Shown in pieces: positions 47,301 to 55,792 of a DNA stretch of 64,000 bases. A program made the position numbers and the translations under genes. The notes beneath the pieces were generated by a model. The model had not been told where the DNA came from and made no database searches. It worked only from the letters and a program-made list of their open reading frames with translations. The DNA is taken from positions 779-64,778 of the forward strand of contig CABSDC010000005.1 in assembly GCA_902476295.1 (NCBI GenBank). The letters are read 5' to 3'. The first letter of the stretch is position 1; each line of letters begins with the position of its first letter. Source of the stretch: an uncultured Prevotellaceae bacterium (GTDB lineage Bacteria; Bacteroidota; Bacteroidia; Bacteroidales; Muribaculaceae).

Positions 47301-48819
47301 ACTCACCCACTTGATAAGTCTGACCCTTATAGGTATACTGATATGCCACGGCAAGCACCTCATCGGCATTAAGCGCCGACTTCAGCGAGATATATCCAAG
47401 CGAGGCGTTGAGCGTGTATTCTTGCGACGAGAGCAAGCGAGCGCTTTCAACCTTCTCATAATCCCTACCACCCTCAAAGCCATAAGCCGAAAGCGGTTCG
47501 AGTGTAGTGGCCACCTGCTCCATATATCTGGCATCAGGATAGCTTGTATTGAGTTCTGTGAACAAATTGTTCGACAAGTTGCTTGGCACTGCCGCCGAAG
47601 TATTTGGTACCCAGTGCGAATTTGCCAAACGGCGATTTTCACCGGCATCCATAAACGCCAGCACATTGCGCGACTGTGAATAATCGCCACGCTTATTAGT
47701 CACCCACACCTCGATGCGCGTGATGTTGATACCGCTCGACACCAATGGCAGAGTTGAGCAGAATTTATCGTAATTATCTCTAAACCAATGTGCCAAGAAG
47801 AAGTGGCGGTTTTGGTCATAAGAATCGGCTGTGACATAGAAATTCTGGGTCTGTGCGCCACCGCGGCTATTCACTGTCTGGGTCTGCGAGTTTTGTTGCG
47901 ACACCAATGCTGTGGCGGTGAGTTTTCCGAATTGCAACTTGGTTTTCACACCAAAAAGCGATGTGCTACCCTTGATGAGCGACGACCCAGTGGTCATACT
48001 CACATTACCAGCCTCTATATTTTTTATGATTTCGTCTTCCTTGCCTTCATAAGCCAATTTCAGGTTTTTGTTGTCGAAATCAAATGTTGCTCCGGTGTTA
48101 TACGACATGTCGAACTTCATCTTATCGCCCACCGAGGCGTTGATATTGGCTTGTATCTGTTGGTCGAAATCAAAATACGTTTTGCGGCGAGCGTCAACCG
48201 ACAAAGCAGGGTTATCGGTCTTATTCGACTTTATACCCATATTGATTTTCACCGAACCTTGTGTCTTCAACTGCACACCACCAGGACCAAACACCTTGTC
48301 CAACGGACCAAGACCGAACTGCATATCAAGAAAATTAAACGGGTCCTTCTTGTTTTCCTGCGCCGTAACGCTGTTGCGTTGCTGGTAATACTCCTGCATC
48401 GACTTTCGCAAGGCGATGTTGTTATATTCATCGGCCGAGAGCATAAACGGCGTAGTTATCTCCTTATCACCCAACTTAGTGCGTACGATATACATGCCAG
48501 TAGTGGCATCATATTCGGCCTCTGTGGTGATATTTTTTGGAGAATTAAGGTCCACGGCATGCTTGCCCTTACCCAAATCCTCAAAGTCGGTAGGGATGGT
48601 CTCCTGCACCTTGTAGTGCAGGCTTATAGAATCGGTTTTCTCCTTGCCACCCTTTTTCTCTACAGTCTTTTCGGGCACTGGAGGCGGTGGCAAGAGTTTT
48701 GATTGTACGTATTGGGCGAATGCGTCGAAATGCAGTGCAGAGTATGCCAATACCCCACACAGCACTATGCTCAGCAGTTTTTTGCTCTTTATATGTTCAA
48801 CGGCTTTATGTCTGCTCAT
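41347..48819 (-). CDS. sprA: T9SS translocon SprA (Sov)
   Basis: 2490 aa, a giant beta-barrel-type composition. The size, the PPPPVPEK linker after the signal sequence and the conserved ruvA-sprA synteny of Bacteroidetes all fit. Confidence 0.9.
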   Translation of the reverse strand: MSRHKAVEHIKSKKLLSIVLCGVLAYSALHFDAFAQYVQSKLLPPPPVPEKTVEKKGGKEKTDSISLHYKVQETIPTDFEDLGKGKHAVDLNSPKNITTEAEYDATTGMYIVRTKLGDKEITTPFMLSADEYNNIALRKSMQEYYQQRNSVTAQENKKDPFNFLDMQFGLGPLDKVFGPGGVQLKTQGSVKINMGIKSNKTDNPALSVDARRKTYFDFDQQIQANINASVGDKMKFDMSYNTGATFDFDNKNLKLAYEGKEDEIIKNIEAGNVSMTTGSSLIKGSTSLFGVKTKLQFGKLTATALVSQQNSQTQTVNSRGGAQTQNFYVTADSYDQNRHFFLAHWFRDNYDKFCSTLPLVSSGINITRIEVWVTNKRGDYSQSRNVLAFMDAGENRRLANSHWVPNTSAAVPSNLSNNLFTELNTSYPDARYMEQVATTLEPLSAYGFEGGRDYEKVESARLLSSQEYTLNASLGYISLKSALNADEVLAVAYQYTYKGQTYQVGEFAGDVTSTKSSLYVKLLKGTTISNKLPMWDLAMKNIYSLGAYQIQSSNFKLNIKYMSDTTGTYINYLPAGNISGTPLIRVMNLDRLDSNSQPNPDGRFDYIEGYTINASSGKVIFPVVEPFGKHLATKIGNPAIAEKFVYQELYDSTLTVARQFQDKNKFILEGEYQASSGAQIRLNAMNVARGSVVVTAGGVTLTENSDYTVDYNMGIVTILNQSIIDSGTNVSVTLENQSTYSTQRKTLLGLDLNYKFNKNFNLGATVMHYGEKSLTEKVSIGDEIVNNTIWGLNLSYNTSFMWLTNLLNKIPTVNATAPSTFSFNGEFAQLIPHQQKTGSNRGSSYIDDFESTQSGLDLRSPYSWFLCSTPYDNSSSALFPEAALSNNTDYGKNRALLSWYYIDRMFTQRNSSLVPGYIKNDLKQLSNPYVREVTYSEVYPGRELSYGESSTLQTLNLSYYPNERGPYNLDADGMNIDGTLLNPEKRWGGIMRKLDATNFEQSNIEYIQFWLLNPFLDEEVDNKEGGDLYFNLGEVSEDILKDGYKSYENGLPIDGDNTHVKETVWGKVSDKTSLTYAFDNASGARKLQDVGLNGLSTEEEKNFPTYSEYVSKLRQKLSASTLAEMEEDQFSPINDPGGDNYHFYRGHDYDEKKLSVIERYKRYNGTEGNSLSAEDATDALYQSARSVPDVEDINQDNTLNQYERYFQYEVSIRPEDLVVGKNYITDKQAQHVPTRDGNGLDVEWYQFTIPLRDFEKAVGSINDFSTIRFMRMFLTNFKKPVHLRFASLELLRGEWRSYAYNPDAKVNQPADGDMSITAVNIEENAGREPVNYVLPPGVNRIVDSGQSQVTQLNEQSLSMKVTNLPSGASRAVYRNTSLDLRNYRRLQMFLHNEALIDDVTSLRNGDVSAFIRLGSDVKNNYYEYEIPLEVTPARSDYSTYSSADRLLVWPENNMLNCNLDVFTSVKKNRNAQKVQGVSGVSYNTRFTEPDPSNEKNKVTVLGNPALSDVKVVMIGVRNNSGMTKECTIWADELRVTDFDQDGGWAAKANMTLGISDIATVNAGFHKETVGFGSVDQGLNQRNLDNYQNYNVAVQVDMGRFLPEKVKLKAPIYYSITNEESTPKYNPLDKDMLLDDAIEVCETKAQRDSIKSFAVTSKRVESFSVSGLKFDVKSKLPMPWDPANFVFNYSSNKRHNVDPDNVYENTNDYRGSLMYNYATAFKPFRPFKGVKPKSKSKNVKFLQEWELNWFPQQISFFTNISRYYYEQQTRNESDIDVELPVSVSKNFLWDRQFSITWNMTRSLNMSFQSNTTAHIEEPIGQVNKKLFPDEYKEWRDSVWRSIKNLGTPYSYNQTFNASYKAPFNKISFLDFMTANASYNSVYNWERGTVLEDVQTGNTISNQSSYTLDGRMNMEGLYNKVPYLKAINNRFSGSRLNKAKRAKKFSRTLRLKSDTTLMIRHNMKTKKVKVSALTTDGKPFVVKTRVVDENNVEVLTRGDKNVKFTVLEVLDEKKNFFTEFAQYSLRGLMMVRNVSVKVRNTQSLSLPQFIPEIGDIFGQSNNYDILSPGLDFAFGFIGEDYVEKAKSRGWLMCDENQTAPAIFTHTNEVTIDAVLEPVKGLKITLTGNRTDNRSNQMMFMYNDATNLYTGTYTKTHIALATALKGCKSDNGYSSKAFDKFLENIPIAADRVRAQYQGKNYPQRGFLLTSPWAGQPFSSQVGDVSGISSDVLIPAFVAAYSGKDINKVTLNPFPSLASILPNWRVTYDGIGKIPALKKWFKSFTLSHAYQCTYSVGSYTSYSDWVSVGNGIGFTQDVTNGNPLPSSPYNITSVTITERFAPLIGAKVTLYNNMTINAEYRDSRTLSLNSSAGQIVEAGQKSLKFGVGYKIANFNTVLKFRGRQSGVNNDLNLNIDFSLNNNNALIRKIETGFTQATSGARSLTINMTANYVLSKRLTIGAYFDHQVNTPLVSATAYPTSNSNFGISMNMSLAK

Positions 48820-48886
48820 TAATTTCTTTGCAAAATATAATCAACGTTGCCGCCAGCAACACGCCTTTTCTCGCCCACTATAAGCC

Positions 48887-49471
48887 TCACAGCATCTTCA
48901 GCGCACTCTTTATGGCTTTTTCCACTGTGAGCGTAGGGTCTGATTGGAAAAGTTTCTGCAACGTTTTCTGCGTTGCCTGACGGCTATAGCCCAACATCAC
49001 GAGCGCTGCCAAAGCTTCGTCGAACGCTTCATTGTTTAATGGGCTTATACTTAATAACGAAGCATCTACCGTATTTATTTTATCTTTCAGGTCAACTATT
49101 ATTCTTTGTGCAGTCTTTGCCCCTACTCCCTTCACCGATTTCAGCGCAGCAGAATTGCCCGAAGCGATTGCGGCTTCCAACTCTGCCACCGGATAAGATG
49201 AAAGTATCATTCGTGCTGTGTTCGTACCCACTCCGCTCACGCTGATGAGCAACTCAAACACTTCTCTCTCGTGTCTTTCGGCAAAACCATACAGCATATG
49301 TGCATCTTCACGGATTGCCTCATAGACATACACCTTCACCACATCCTTCACATTCTGCAGTTGTGTGTATGTGTTGAGCGAAACATTCAGCATATAGCCC
49401 ACGCCATACGATTCCAACACAATGTAGGCTGGATTGCTCTCTTCAATACTACCTTTTATATAATCTATCAT
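48887..49471 (-). CDS. ruvA: Holliday junction branch migration complex subunit RuvA
   Basis: MIDYIKGSIEESNPAYIVLESYGVGYMLNVS.. and the HhH region LISVSGVGTNTARMILS..KSVKGVGAKTAQRIIVDL. Confidence 0.93.
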   Translation of the reverse strand: MIDYIKGSIEESNPAYIVLESYGVGYMLNVSLNTYTQLQNVKDVVKVYVYEAIREDAHMLYGFAERHEREVFELLISVSGVGTNTARMILSSYPVAELEAAIASGNSAALKSVKGVGAKTAQRIIVDLKDKINTVDASLLSISPLNNEAFDEALAALVMLGYSRQATQKTLQKLFQSDPTLTVEKAIKSALKML

Positions 49472-49508
49472 GCTATCAAAATTTTTGTTTTCACAATTTA
49501 TTGTTTTC

Positions 49509-51671
49509 TCACAAAATCACCTTAAACGTGTGGCTCATTCCGCCCACAACTACTCGCACCACATACACGCCATGCCCTGGCAGATGCATTCTCGGCAACT
49601 CGCCATATCCGCCGCTCACCGCACAACGCGATAACGCAACTTGCCGCCCAAGCATATCGTATGCCGACATTTGGGCCTCGCCATCGCACGGAGCATGAAT
49701 TATGATCGGCTCTTCGCCTGGAATTATGCGCCACAGTTTGTCTTGCTCCACGCTGTCGATTCCCGATCCGAGCAGATATTGCAAACCTTTCAGCGCATTG
49801 ATTTTGCCGTAGCCCCACTTATCAGGATTGTCATTCTTCACAAGTTCATCTCTCGTGGAGGTACGCTCAAGCACATTCTCAACATCTGCGCAGGTCAGTT
49901 CGGGATTGGCCTGCAACCACAATGCTATAGTGCCTGTAACAATCGGGGCCGACTGCGATGTGCCATACATCGAGCCCCAACGGTATTTCTTGCCACCGAT
50001 GATTTGCACCAGCGCGTTGTCGCCATCATTGGCCTGCGTGGCATCATAGCGATTGAGTGCCGAAACCACCACATAACCCGGTGCAGTGACCGTAGGACGA
50101 CTTATGCCATTAGCATCCTTGCCGAAGCTTGAGAAAAATGCGATGTCGCCCAATTCGCTGCCCGTGTAGTTATCGGCGCCATTCGGAGTGTCAACACTCG
50201 TTTTTGAGCAATAAGCGCCCACCGAAATCACACCTTCGCCGGTAGTGAGATCGCTGATGTTGCCGTCACTTGTGCCATAGCTCCAACCATCAACACCATT
50301 CGACACCAATTGCGTGCCAGTATTGCTCCAACCAGTGATAGTAGTACCCTTCTCTGCCCACACCTTGATGCCCATATAATAGTTTTTCGCAGTAGCTTTC
50401 TCGCATACGTATTCCACATCAAATGCGGTGTACAGTTCCATCTTGCCATTCGCGCCGATGCCCGATGAGAACGAAACCTCTCCAGAATAGAGATCCTTTA
50501 GCGATGGCACATCTTCCATAGTTATCTTCACGGCTTCATCGCTTGTGCCTGCCTCATGCCAATCGCTCTCGTATGCCACCGCTTGGCGCTGTCTGTCATA
50601 CACCACAAAGCGAGCCTTGAACTTTCGGGCATCATCGGCCCACATATCCAAATCGCCATGGTTGGTGTAGAGCGTATATAGATTTTCGTAGAAAGTGCGC
50701 AAGGTGTCGGTATCCTGCTCAAACCGCTTTGAAATCTTTGTGAACAGACGCGCATCGTTGCCCACCGACAACACGCACATTCTTCCCTTCCCCGACTTCG
50801 CCGCAAACACTTCCGACAGCATCGATGTGCCATCGTGCGGACCGGATGTTGATGCCAAACTCATGTTTATCACTGCTGGCTTGCCAACGCTCTTGGCATA
50901 ATCAAAAATATATGCCACGCTGTTTGCTATGTTCACATCGGTCAATTCCCTGTCGGGCATTGCACACAGCACAAGGTCGCTTGCCGTAGCCACGCCATAA
51001 TAGCCGTTGCCCTTATATCCGCCGGCTGCTGTGGTACTGGTGTGTGTGCCATGCGACTGGTCGGTGCAATCCGACGTCAACGCCGCAATCTCCTGCGGAG
51101 TGGCATATGCCGAACCAGGCAGTTCATTGCCGTCAACCACTGGCGCTACGCCTCCTTTATGAGTGGGTAGATACACTCGCTTCACACGACTCTCTCCATC
51201 TTCTCCCATAAACTCGATGTGATTGAAATCAATACCAACGTCTACCACGCCCACAATTACATCTTTGCCAGTGAACGCTCCCTGTGATCCAGCGCTCACG
51301 GCATGCGCACCGTCCACCATGCTGAATTGTCGGGCCCTATCGTTGCACACAGCCATGCGCTGAGCCAACTGCACTTGCTTGACCAGTGCCAACTCGCTCA
51401 CACGGACAATCTCTTGCACCGGCACCTGAGCGGTTATCACCTTGCCAAACACGTGCTGCACCTTCACACCCAAGCGCTGCAGCTGGGCTAAAACAGCCTC
51501 GTCGGTCACACGCAGAAAACACTGCACGCTTTGCTCACCACGCGCTTGCGCCTGCCGGAGCGACACGTGCGAGCGAGGCGTGAGACTCCCCCGCCTTGCG
51601 TAAAGCGATGCCGATGGCACTAAAGCCACCAGCATCGCCATTATAAATATTTTCTTAAATTCAATTCGCAT
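49509..51671 (-). CDS. S8 (subtilisin) family serine peptidase with I9-like propeptide and T9SS CTD
   Basis: The catalytic triad motifs are GVVDVGIDFNH (Asp), SHGTHTSTTAAG (His) and GTSQSAPIVTGTIALW (Ser). The CTD-like end is LPGHGVYVVRVVVGGMSHTFKVIL. Confidence 0.88.
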   Translation of the reverse strand: MRIEFKKIFIMAMLVALVPSASLYARRGSLTPRSHVSLRQAQARGEQSVQCFLRVTDEAVLAQLQRLGVKVQHVFGKVITAQVPVQEIVRVSELALVKQVQLAQRMAVCNDRARQFSMVDGAHAVSAGSQGAFTGKDVIVGVVDVGIDFNHIEFMGEDGESRVKRVYLPTHKGGVAPVVDGNELPGSAYATPQEIAALTSDCTDQSHGTHTSTTAAGGYKGNGYYGVATASDLVLCAMPDRELTDVNIANSVAYIFDYAKSVGKPAVINMSLASTSGPHDGTSMLSEVFAAKSGKGRMCVLSVGNDARLFTKISKRFEQDTDTLRTFYENLYTLYTNHGDLDMWADDARKFKARFVVYDRQRQAVAYESDWHEAGTSDEAVKITMEDVPSLKDLYSGEVSFSSGIGANGKMELYTAFDVEYVCEKATAKNYYMGIKVWAEKGTTITGWSNTGTQLVSNGVDGWSYGTSDGNISDLTTGEGVISVGAYCSKTSVDTPNGADNYTGSELGDIAFFSSFGKDANGISRPTVTAPGYVVVSALNRYDATQANDGDNALVQIIGGKKYRWGSMYGTSQSAPIVTGTIALWLQANPELTCADVENVLERTSTRDELVKNDNPDKWGYGKINALKGLQYLLGSGIDSVEQDKLWRIIPGEEPIIIHAPCDGEAQMSAYDMLGRQVALSRCAVSGGYGELPRMHLPGHGVYVVRVVVGGMSHTFKVIL

Positions 51672-53959
51672 TATTTCACTATCAATCTCGACGAGCTGCG
51701 CAACTTATCACCAGTGACAGTAACCACATATACGCCAGGATTGATTCTGCCTGCAAGCGACACACTTGCCACGCCGCCATCCATCTGCTTTGTTGCATCA
51801 TATATCAATGCACCGCTTATTGAATAGACTCTCACTGCCACAGCATCTTCATTTGGAGCAAACACCGAGAAGTTGCCATCGCATGGATTCTTACAAATTA
51901 TCACGTTGTCGGCATCTTGCTTCACGTCGTTGATGCCCGACGTAGAAATGACATACTTGATACCATCCCAAGCGTCAATTTTGCCATAGCCACTCTTTTT
52001 AGGATTCTTATTCACATAGTTGTCGCGCACTGAAGTGTTTTCAAACACTTCCATCACATCGTTATAGCTCAACGTAGGCTTTGCCTGAAGCCACAATGCC
52101 AAAATACCTGTCACTTCTGGTGCAGCCATTGATGTTCCCGACATATCGCCCCAGTAGTGCTTATTGCCCTTATTATCACTCACCTCGGCTGCCAAATAAT
52201 TATAACCTTTTTTCACGGTCTCAGAATCGTAGCGGTTAACCGCGGGAAACACAGGAGCGCCCCCCGCCAAAATATCTGGGCGCTTCTTGCCATTAGCATC
52301 CGGGCCATAGCTTGAGAAATAAGCTATATCATTAGGAATGAACCCATACGAGTATTCTTTGCCATCCAATGCCTTATATGAGCTTTTTGAAACAAATGCG
52401 CCCACCGAGATAGTCTTCTCGCCTGTTGCCATGCCGCTAATCGACATCTCTGAATTGCCAGAAACAAAATTCGACAAACCATAATTATCAAATTCTGCAT
52501 TGCCATCCAAGTTCCAACCATTTAATGTTTCGCCTTTTTTGCCCCAAAAGACAACGCCAAGATACCAATCATTGTTGGCTAAAGAAGTTGACTCGCAATT
52601 CACATCAATATACACGTGCCACTTTCCGCTATTAGCATCTAATTCAGAATATGACACAGCTTTACCAGTATAGTAGTTTTTGAATACACTATGACTTGAC
52701 ATATTAAACGTTGCACCTTGCGACGACACTGCCTGCTTTTTTGACACTGCCAATTGCTTGCCATCCTTATCTACCACCACATATTGAATGGCAAATTGTT
52801 TTCCGCTATTAGCATAGATTTCAAAAGAGCTTACATAAGCTCCACCATCATATTCTATACCCCTAAACAAAACAGTCTTTTGAGCGACATTGTCACCAGG
52901 GTTTGTAAAAGTGGTAGAGAAATGCACCTTATCGCCACCTTCATTTCCCGCTGCAAGCACAATCAGGTGACCGTCATCAACAAGCGATTCCAACGATTTA
53001 CAGATGTCTGTCGAACCATCGTGAGGTCCATAATGGTCGCCAAGACTGATATTGATTACCGCTGGTTTCCCAACACTTTTAGCATAGCTGAAGATGTAAT
53101 TAATAGAATTCACCAAGTTAACATCCGACAAATCGTCGCCCAAGCCGCAAAGCACCAAATCGGCTTCTGGCGCCATACCGCCAAAGTTGCCCACTTGCGT
53201 GCCGGCAGCAATAGCAGATGTGTGTGTACCGTGGCTTTGAGCCTCTTCGTCGGCAGTGAGTTTAGATATTTGTTCTTGGGTAGTAAATTCCGAACCAGGA
53301 AGCACGCTGCCATTCAGCACAACCTTAGAACCGGTATCGTCGTTAGGCATATACACACGCTTGATGCGAGTGTTGCCATTGGCATCCTTAAACGCCATGT
53401 GATTGTAGTCGATACCCACGTCAATCACGCCCACAACCACGTCTTTACCTGTATATGGGATAGCCAATTCATTGCCTGCAAGCACTTCGTCTACATATGC
53501 AGAAGCGCGCTGTTTGTCGGTTTTCAGCCTCAACTTACGAGCCACCGACACTTGACGCACATTGCTCACCTTGGCAAGAGCTTCCAATTTATCAATAGGA
53601 GCAGTGACAGTGAGCACGTCGCTCATCTGACCGTTGACTTGCACTCCCAGCGCTTCCATCTCGTCGATTGGCGCCACATTCCAGCCGTCGATACTCACAA
53701 AGGCCTGCACAGCTTGCACACCATTTGCCATCTGCACTGGCGCAACATATCTGTCAGCCGTCAATTTTCTTACCTTGGCACTACGGGCACTATTTCCACC
53801 GAACGCACTGTTAGCGGCCAGTTCTTCCACTCCACTGTTGTTTCGCAACGAATTCAGGAAAGCATATGTGCTACTTGACAATTTCCCTTCAGCATTAACT
53901 ATCGACAACGAAAGCACTGCTAATGCCAAAACAAGTGCTATCCTATTGATTCTTTTCAT
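51671..53959 (-). CDS. S8 (subtilisin) family serine peptidase with T9SS CTD, a tandem paralog
   Basis: Triad motifs are GVIDVGIDYNH, SHGTHTSAIAAG and SGTSMAAPEVTGILALW. The CTD-like end is INPGVYVVTVTGDKLRSSSRLIVK. Its stop overlaps the downstream start by 1 nt. Confidence 0.88.
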   Translation of the reverse strand: MKRINRIALVLALAVLSLSIVNAEGKLSSSTYAFLNSLRNNSGVEELAANSAFGGNSARSAKVRKLTADRYVAPVQMANGVQAVQAFVSIDGWNVAPIDEMEALGVQVNGQMSDVLTVTAPIDKLEALAKVSNVRQVSVARKLRLKTDKQRASAYVDEVLAGNELAIPYTGKDVVVGVIDVGIDYNHMAFKDANGNTRIKRVYMPNDDTGSKVVLNGSVLPGSEFTTQEQISKLTADEEAQSHGTHTSAIAAGTQVGNFGGMAPEADLVLCGLGDDLSDVNLVNSINYIFSYAKSVGKPAVINISLGDHYGPHDGSTDICKSLESLVDDGHLIVLAAGNEGGDKVHFSTTFTNPGDNVAQKTVLFRGIEYDGGAYVSSFEIYANSGKQFAIQYVVVDKDGKQLAVSKKQAVSSQGATFNMSSHSVFKNYYTGKAVSYSELDANSGKWHVYIDVNCESTSLANNDWYLGVVFWGKKGETLNGWNLDGNAEFDNYGLSNFVSGNSEMSISGMATGEKTISVGAFVSKSSYKALDGKEYSYGFIPNDIAYFSSYGPDANGKKRPDILAGGAPVFPAVNRYDSETVKKGYNYLAAEVSDNKGNKHYWGDMSGTSMAAPEVTGILALWLQAKPTLSYNDVMEVFENTSVRDNYVNKNPKKSGYGKIDAWDGIKYVISTSGINDVKQDADNVIICKNPCDGNFSVFAPNEDAVAVRVYSISGALIYDATKQMDGGVASVSLAGRINPGVYVVTVTGDKLRSSSRLIVK

Positions 53960-54033
53960 AAACTTTTATATAGACTTTACAATGTTATAATCACCAAAAA
54001 TAAAATAAAAATCTCATTCACACAAGCATATAA

Positions 54034-54078
54034 CAAGAAAATTGCGACATTCGGCCTCGTTTAGCCAAATGTCGCAAT
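54034..54078 (-). terminator. Rho-independent terminator after the TPR gene
   Basis: 11-bp stem ATTGCGACATT / AATGTCGCAAT. On the minus strand it is followed by TTTCTTGTT. Confidence 0.65.
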
Positions 54079-54107
54079 CTATGATTTTTCTCTAAATAAC
54101 TAAGATA

Positions 54108-55718
54108 TTACTTCAAAGTTTCTACATACTTGCGAAGTGCTTCGTTTTCTGGATCGAATTCGAGCCACTTGTTGTAGTAACCCTTAGCTGCTTCCATATC
54201 GCCCTTGTCAAATGCGATACGAGCCAAGTTGTTGTAGATTGAGATGTAAGTATCCTTGTAGTCTTCCTTGTTTTCCTTTTCGTTAAGGATGCTGATTACT
54301 TGTTCATAGTACTTCACAGCTTCGTCATTCTTACCATCGAGGTATTCCACCTTAGCTTGTTGTTGAACGATACGGTAGTTGCCAGGAACGCGTTCATTAG
54401 CCATAGCAGCATATTTGCGAGCGCCTTCAATAGCAGTTGCCTTCTTTGCAGCATCTTCAGTAGTTACTGCCCAGTTGAAGTATTTTGTTGACATAACATA
54501 CAAGTCGTTAGCCTTGCATTGGTCGCTATCAACAATCTTTTGGTAATATAATGCAGCCTTTTCGTAGTTCTTTGCTTCATCATATACGTCGATCAATTGG
54601 TTGAGCAAATCCAAGTTGTTAGGATTGTATTCAACAGCCTTTTCGTATTCAGCGATTGATTCTTCAGTCTTACCTACGCCCTTGAGTGCAGCAGCATAGT
54701 CAACGAAGTCCTTAGATGCATATTCAGTGCCAGCGATGTTCAAGCCGAACAATTCAGCGCCATACTTTTCTGCTTCTGTCCAGTTTTGCAATGCTACCAT
54801 GTTGTAGAGTTGCATACGGCACATATAGAAGTTGTTCTTGTCGTTGGCAGCAATTTCGCTACGGATTTTTGTAGCCAAGTCGAAAGATTGTTGATATTCT
54901 TCGCCGAAGAACATCAATTGCACGTAGCGAACCTCATCTTGCTTGAAGTGGTTAGGGTTCTGGATATATTTGCCATATTGTTCTGCAGCCTTAGCACCAT
55001 CGTTAAGTTCATAGTACTTTTCAGCAAGCTCACGTTGAGCAAGTGCAGATTGTGGCTTCTTAGCTACGAGTTCTTTAAGACGAGAAACTGCCATTTCTGG
55101 GTTTACGAAGAAATAAGTATTGGCATACTTCACATAAGCCTCTTCATTGTCTGGGTCGTAAGTAAACGCCATTTCGTAATTACCAGCAGCACCACCGTTG
55201 TCCTTTTCAGCAGCTCTCATATCGCCTTCAAGGATGCACACGTCTGGGTTCTTAGGATCGGTCTTACGAGCCTTTTCTATGTTCTTACCGAGGTCCTTAG
55301 CATAAGCCACAGGATCAGCATTGTAGTAAGCGCGAGCGATTGCTGAATACACCGATGCATTCTTCTTGTCGAGCTTCACTGCGTCCTTAAACTTCTCTTC
55401 AGCAGCCTTAGAATTGCCTGCCTTCAAATCCAAAGCACCGAGTGCTATGATGTTGAATGGATCGTTAGCATCTGCTGCCAAACCCTTGTTGTAGAAATCC
55501 TTGGCTGCTGCCACATTGCCATTAGCGGCTTCAATGTGACCAAGATAGCAATAAGCCTGGCTTTTTACAGTTTGTGGGTCATTAAGGTTCTTGTTGAGCA
55601 ATTCCTTAGCGTTGTCCAACTTGCCAACCTTGAAATACTCAATACCGTCCTTGTAACCTTGTGCATTGCTCATCAATGAGCCACCTAATAAAAGGATTGC
55701 AAAAATCTTAAGTTTCAT
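54108..55718 (-). CDS. Secreted tetratricopeptide-repeat protein
   Basis: 536 aa with a signal peptide and repeated A..YY/LG....G....A...F.KA....P patterns throughout. Codon usage is biased. Confidence 0.8.
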   Translation of the reverse strand: MKLKIFAILLLGGSLMSNAQGYKDGIEYFKVGKLDNAKELLNKNLNDPQTVKSQAYCYLGHIEAANGNVAAAKDFYNKGLAADANDPFNIIALGALDLKAGNSKAAEEKFKDAVKLDKKNASVYSAIARAYYNADPVAYAKDLGKNIEKARKTDPKNPDVCILEGDMRAAEKDNGGAAGNYEMAFTYDPDNEEAYVKYANTYFFVNPEMAVSRLKELVAKKPQSALAQRELAEKYYELNDGAKAAEQYGKYIQNPNHFKQDEVRYVQLMFFGEEYQQSFDLATKIRSEIAANDKNNFYMCRMQLYNMVALQNWTEAEKYGAELFGLNIAGTEYASKDFVDYAAALKGVGKTEESIAEYEKAVEYNPNNLDLLNQLIDVYDEAKNYEKAALYYQKIVDSDQCKANDLYVMSTKYFNWAVTTEDAAKKATAIEGARKYAAMANERVPGNYRIVQQQAKVEYLDGKNDEAVKYYEQVISILNEKENKEDYKDTYISIYNNLARIAFDKGDMEAAKGYYNKWLEFDPENEALRKYVETLK

Positions 55719-55792
55719 TTCTATCTGTTTATAATAATTATTAATTTTCTTTTTCTCTCTTTCTATTTTGACTTATAATATCTCTCGATGGT

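Noticed and set aside
47788-48702. 304-aa ORF on the plus strand, plus many 60-200-aa ORFs between 41620 and 48980
   Set aside because: All lie antisense within sprA. The 2490-aa sense frame is uninterrupted and is conserved in size and context.
52754-53878. 374-aa ORF on the plus strand
   Set aside because: Antisense to the S8 protease gene, which has a complete catalytic triad. It has no recognisable motifs and has shadow-ORF composition.
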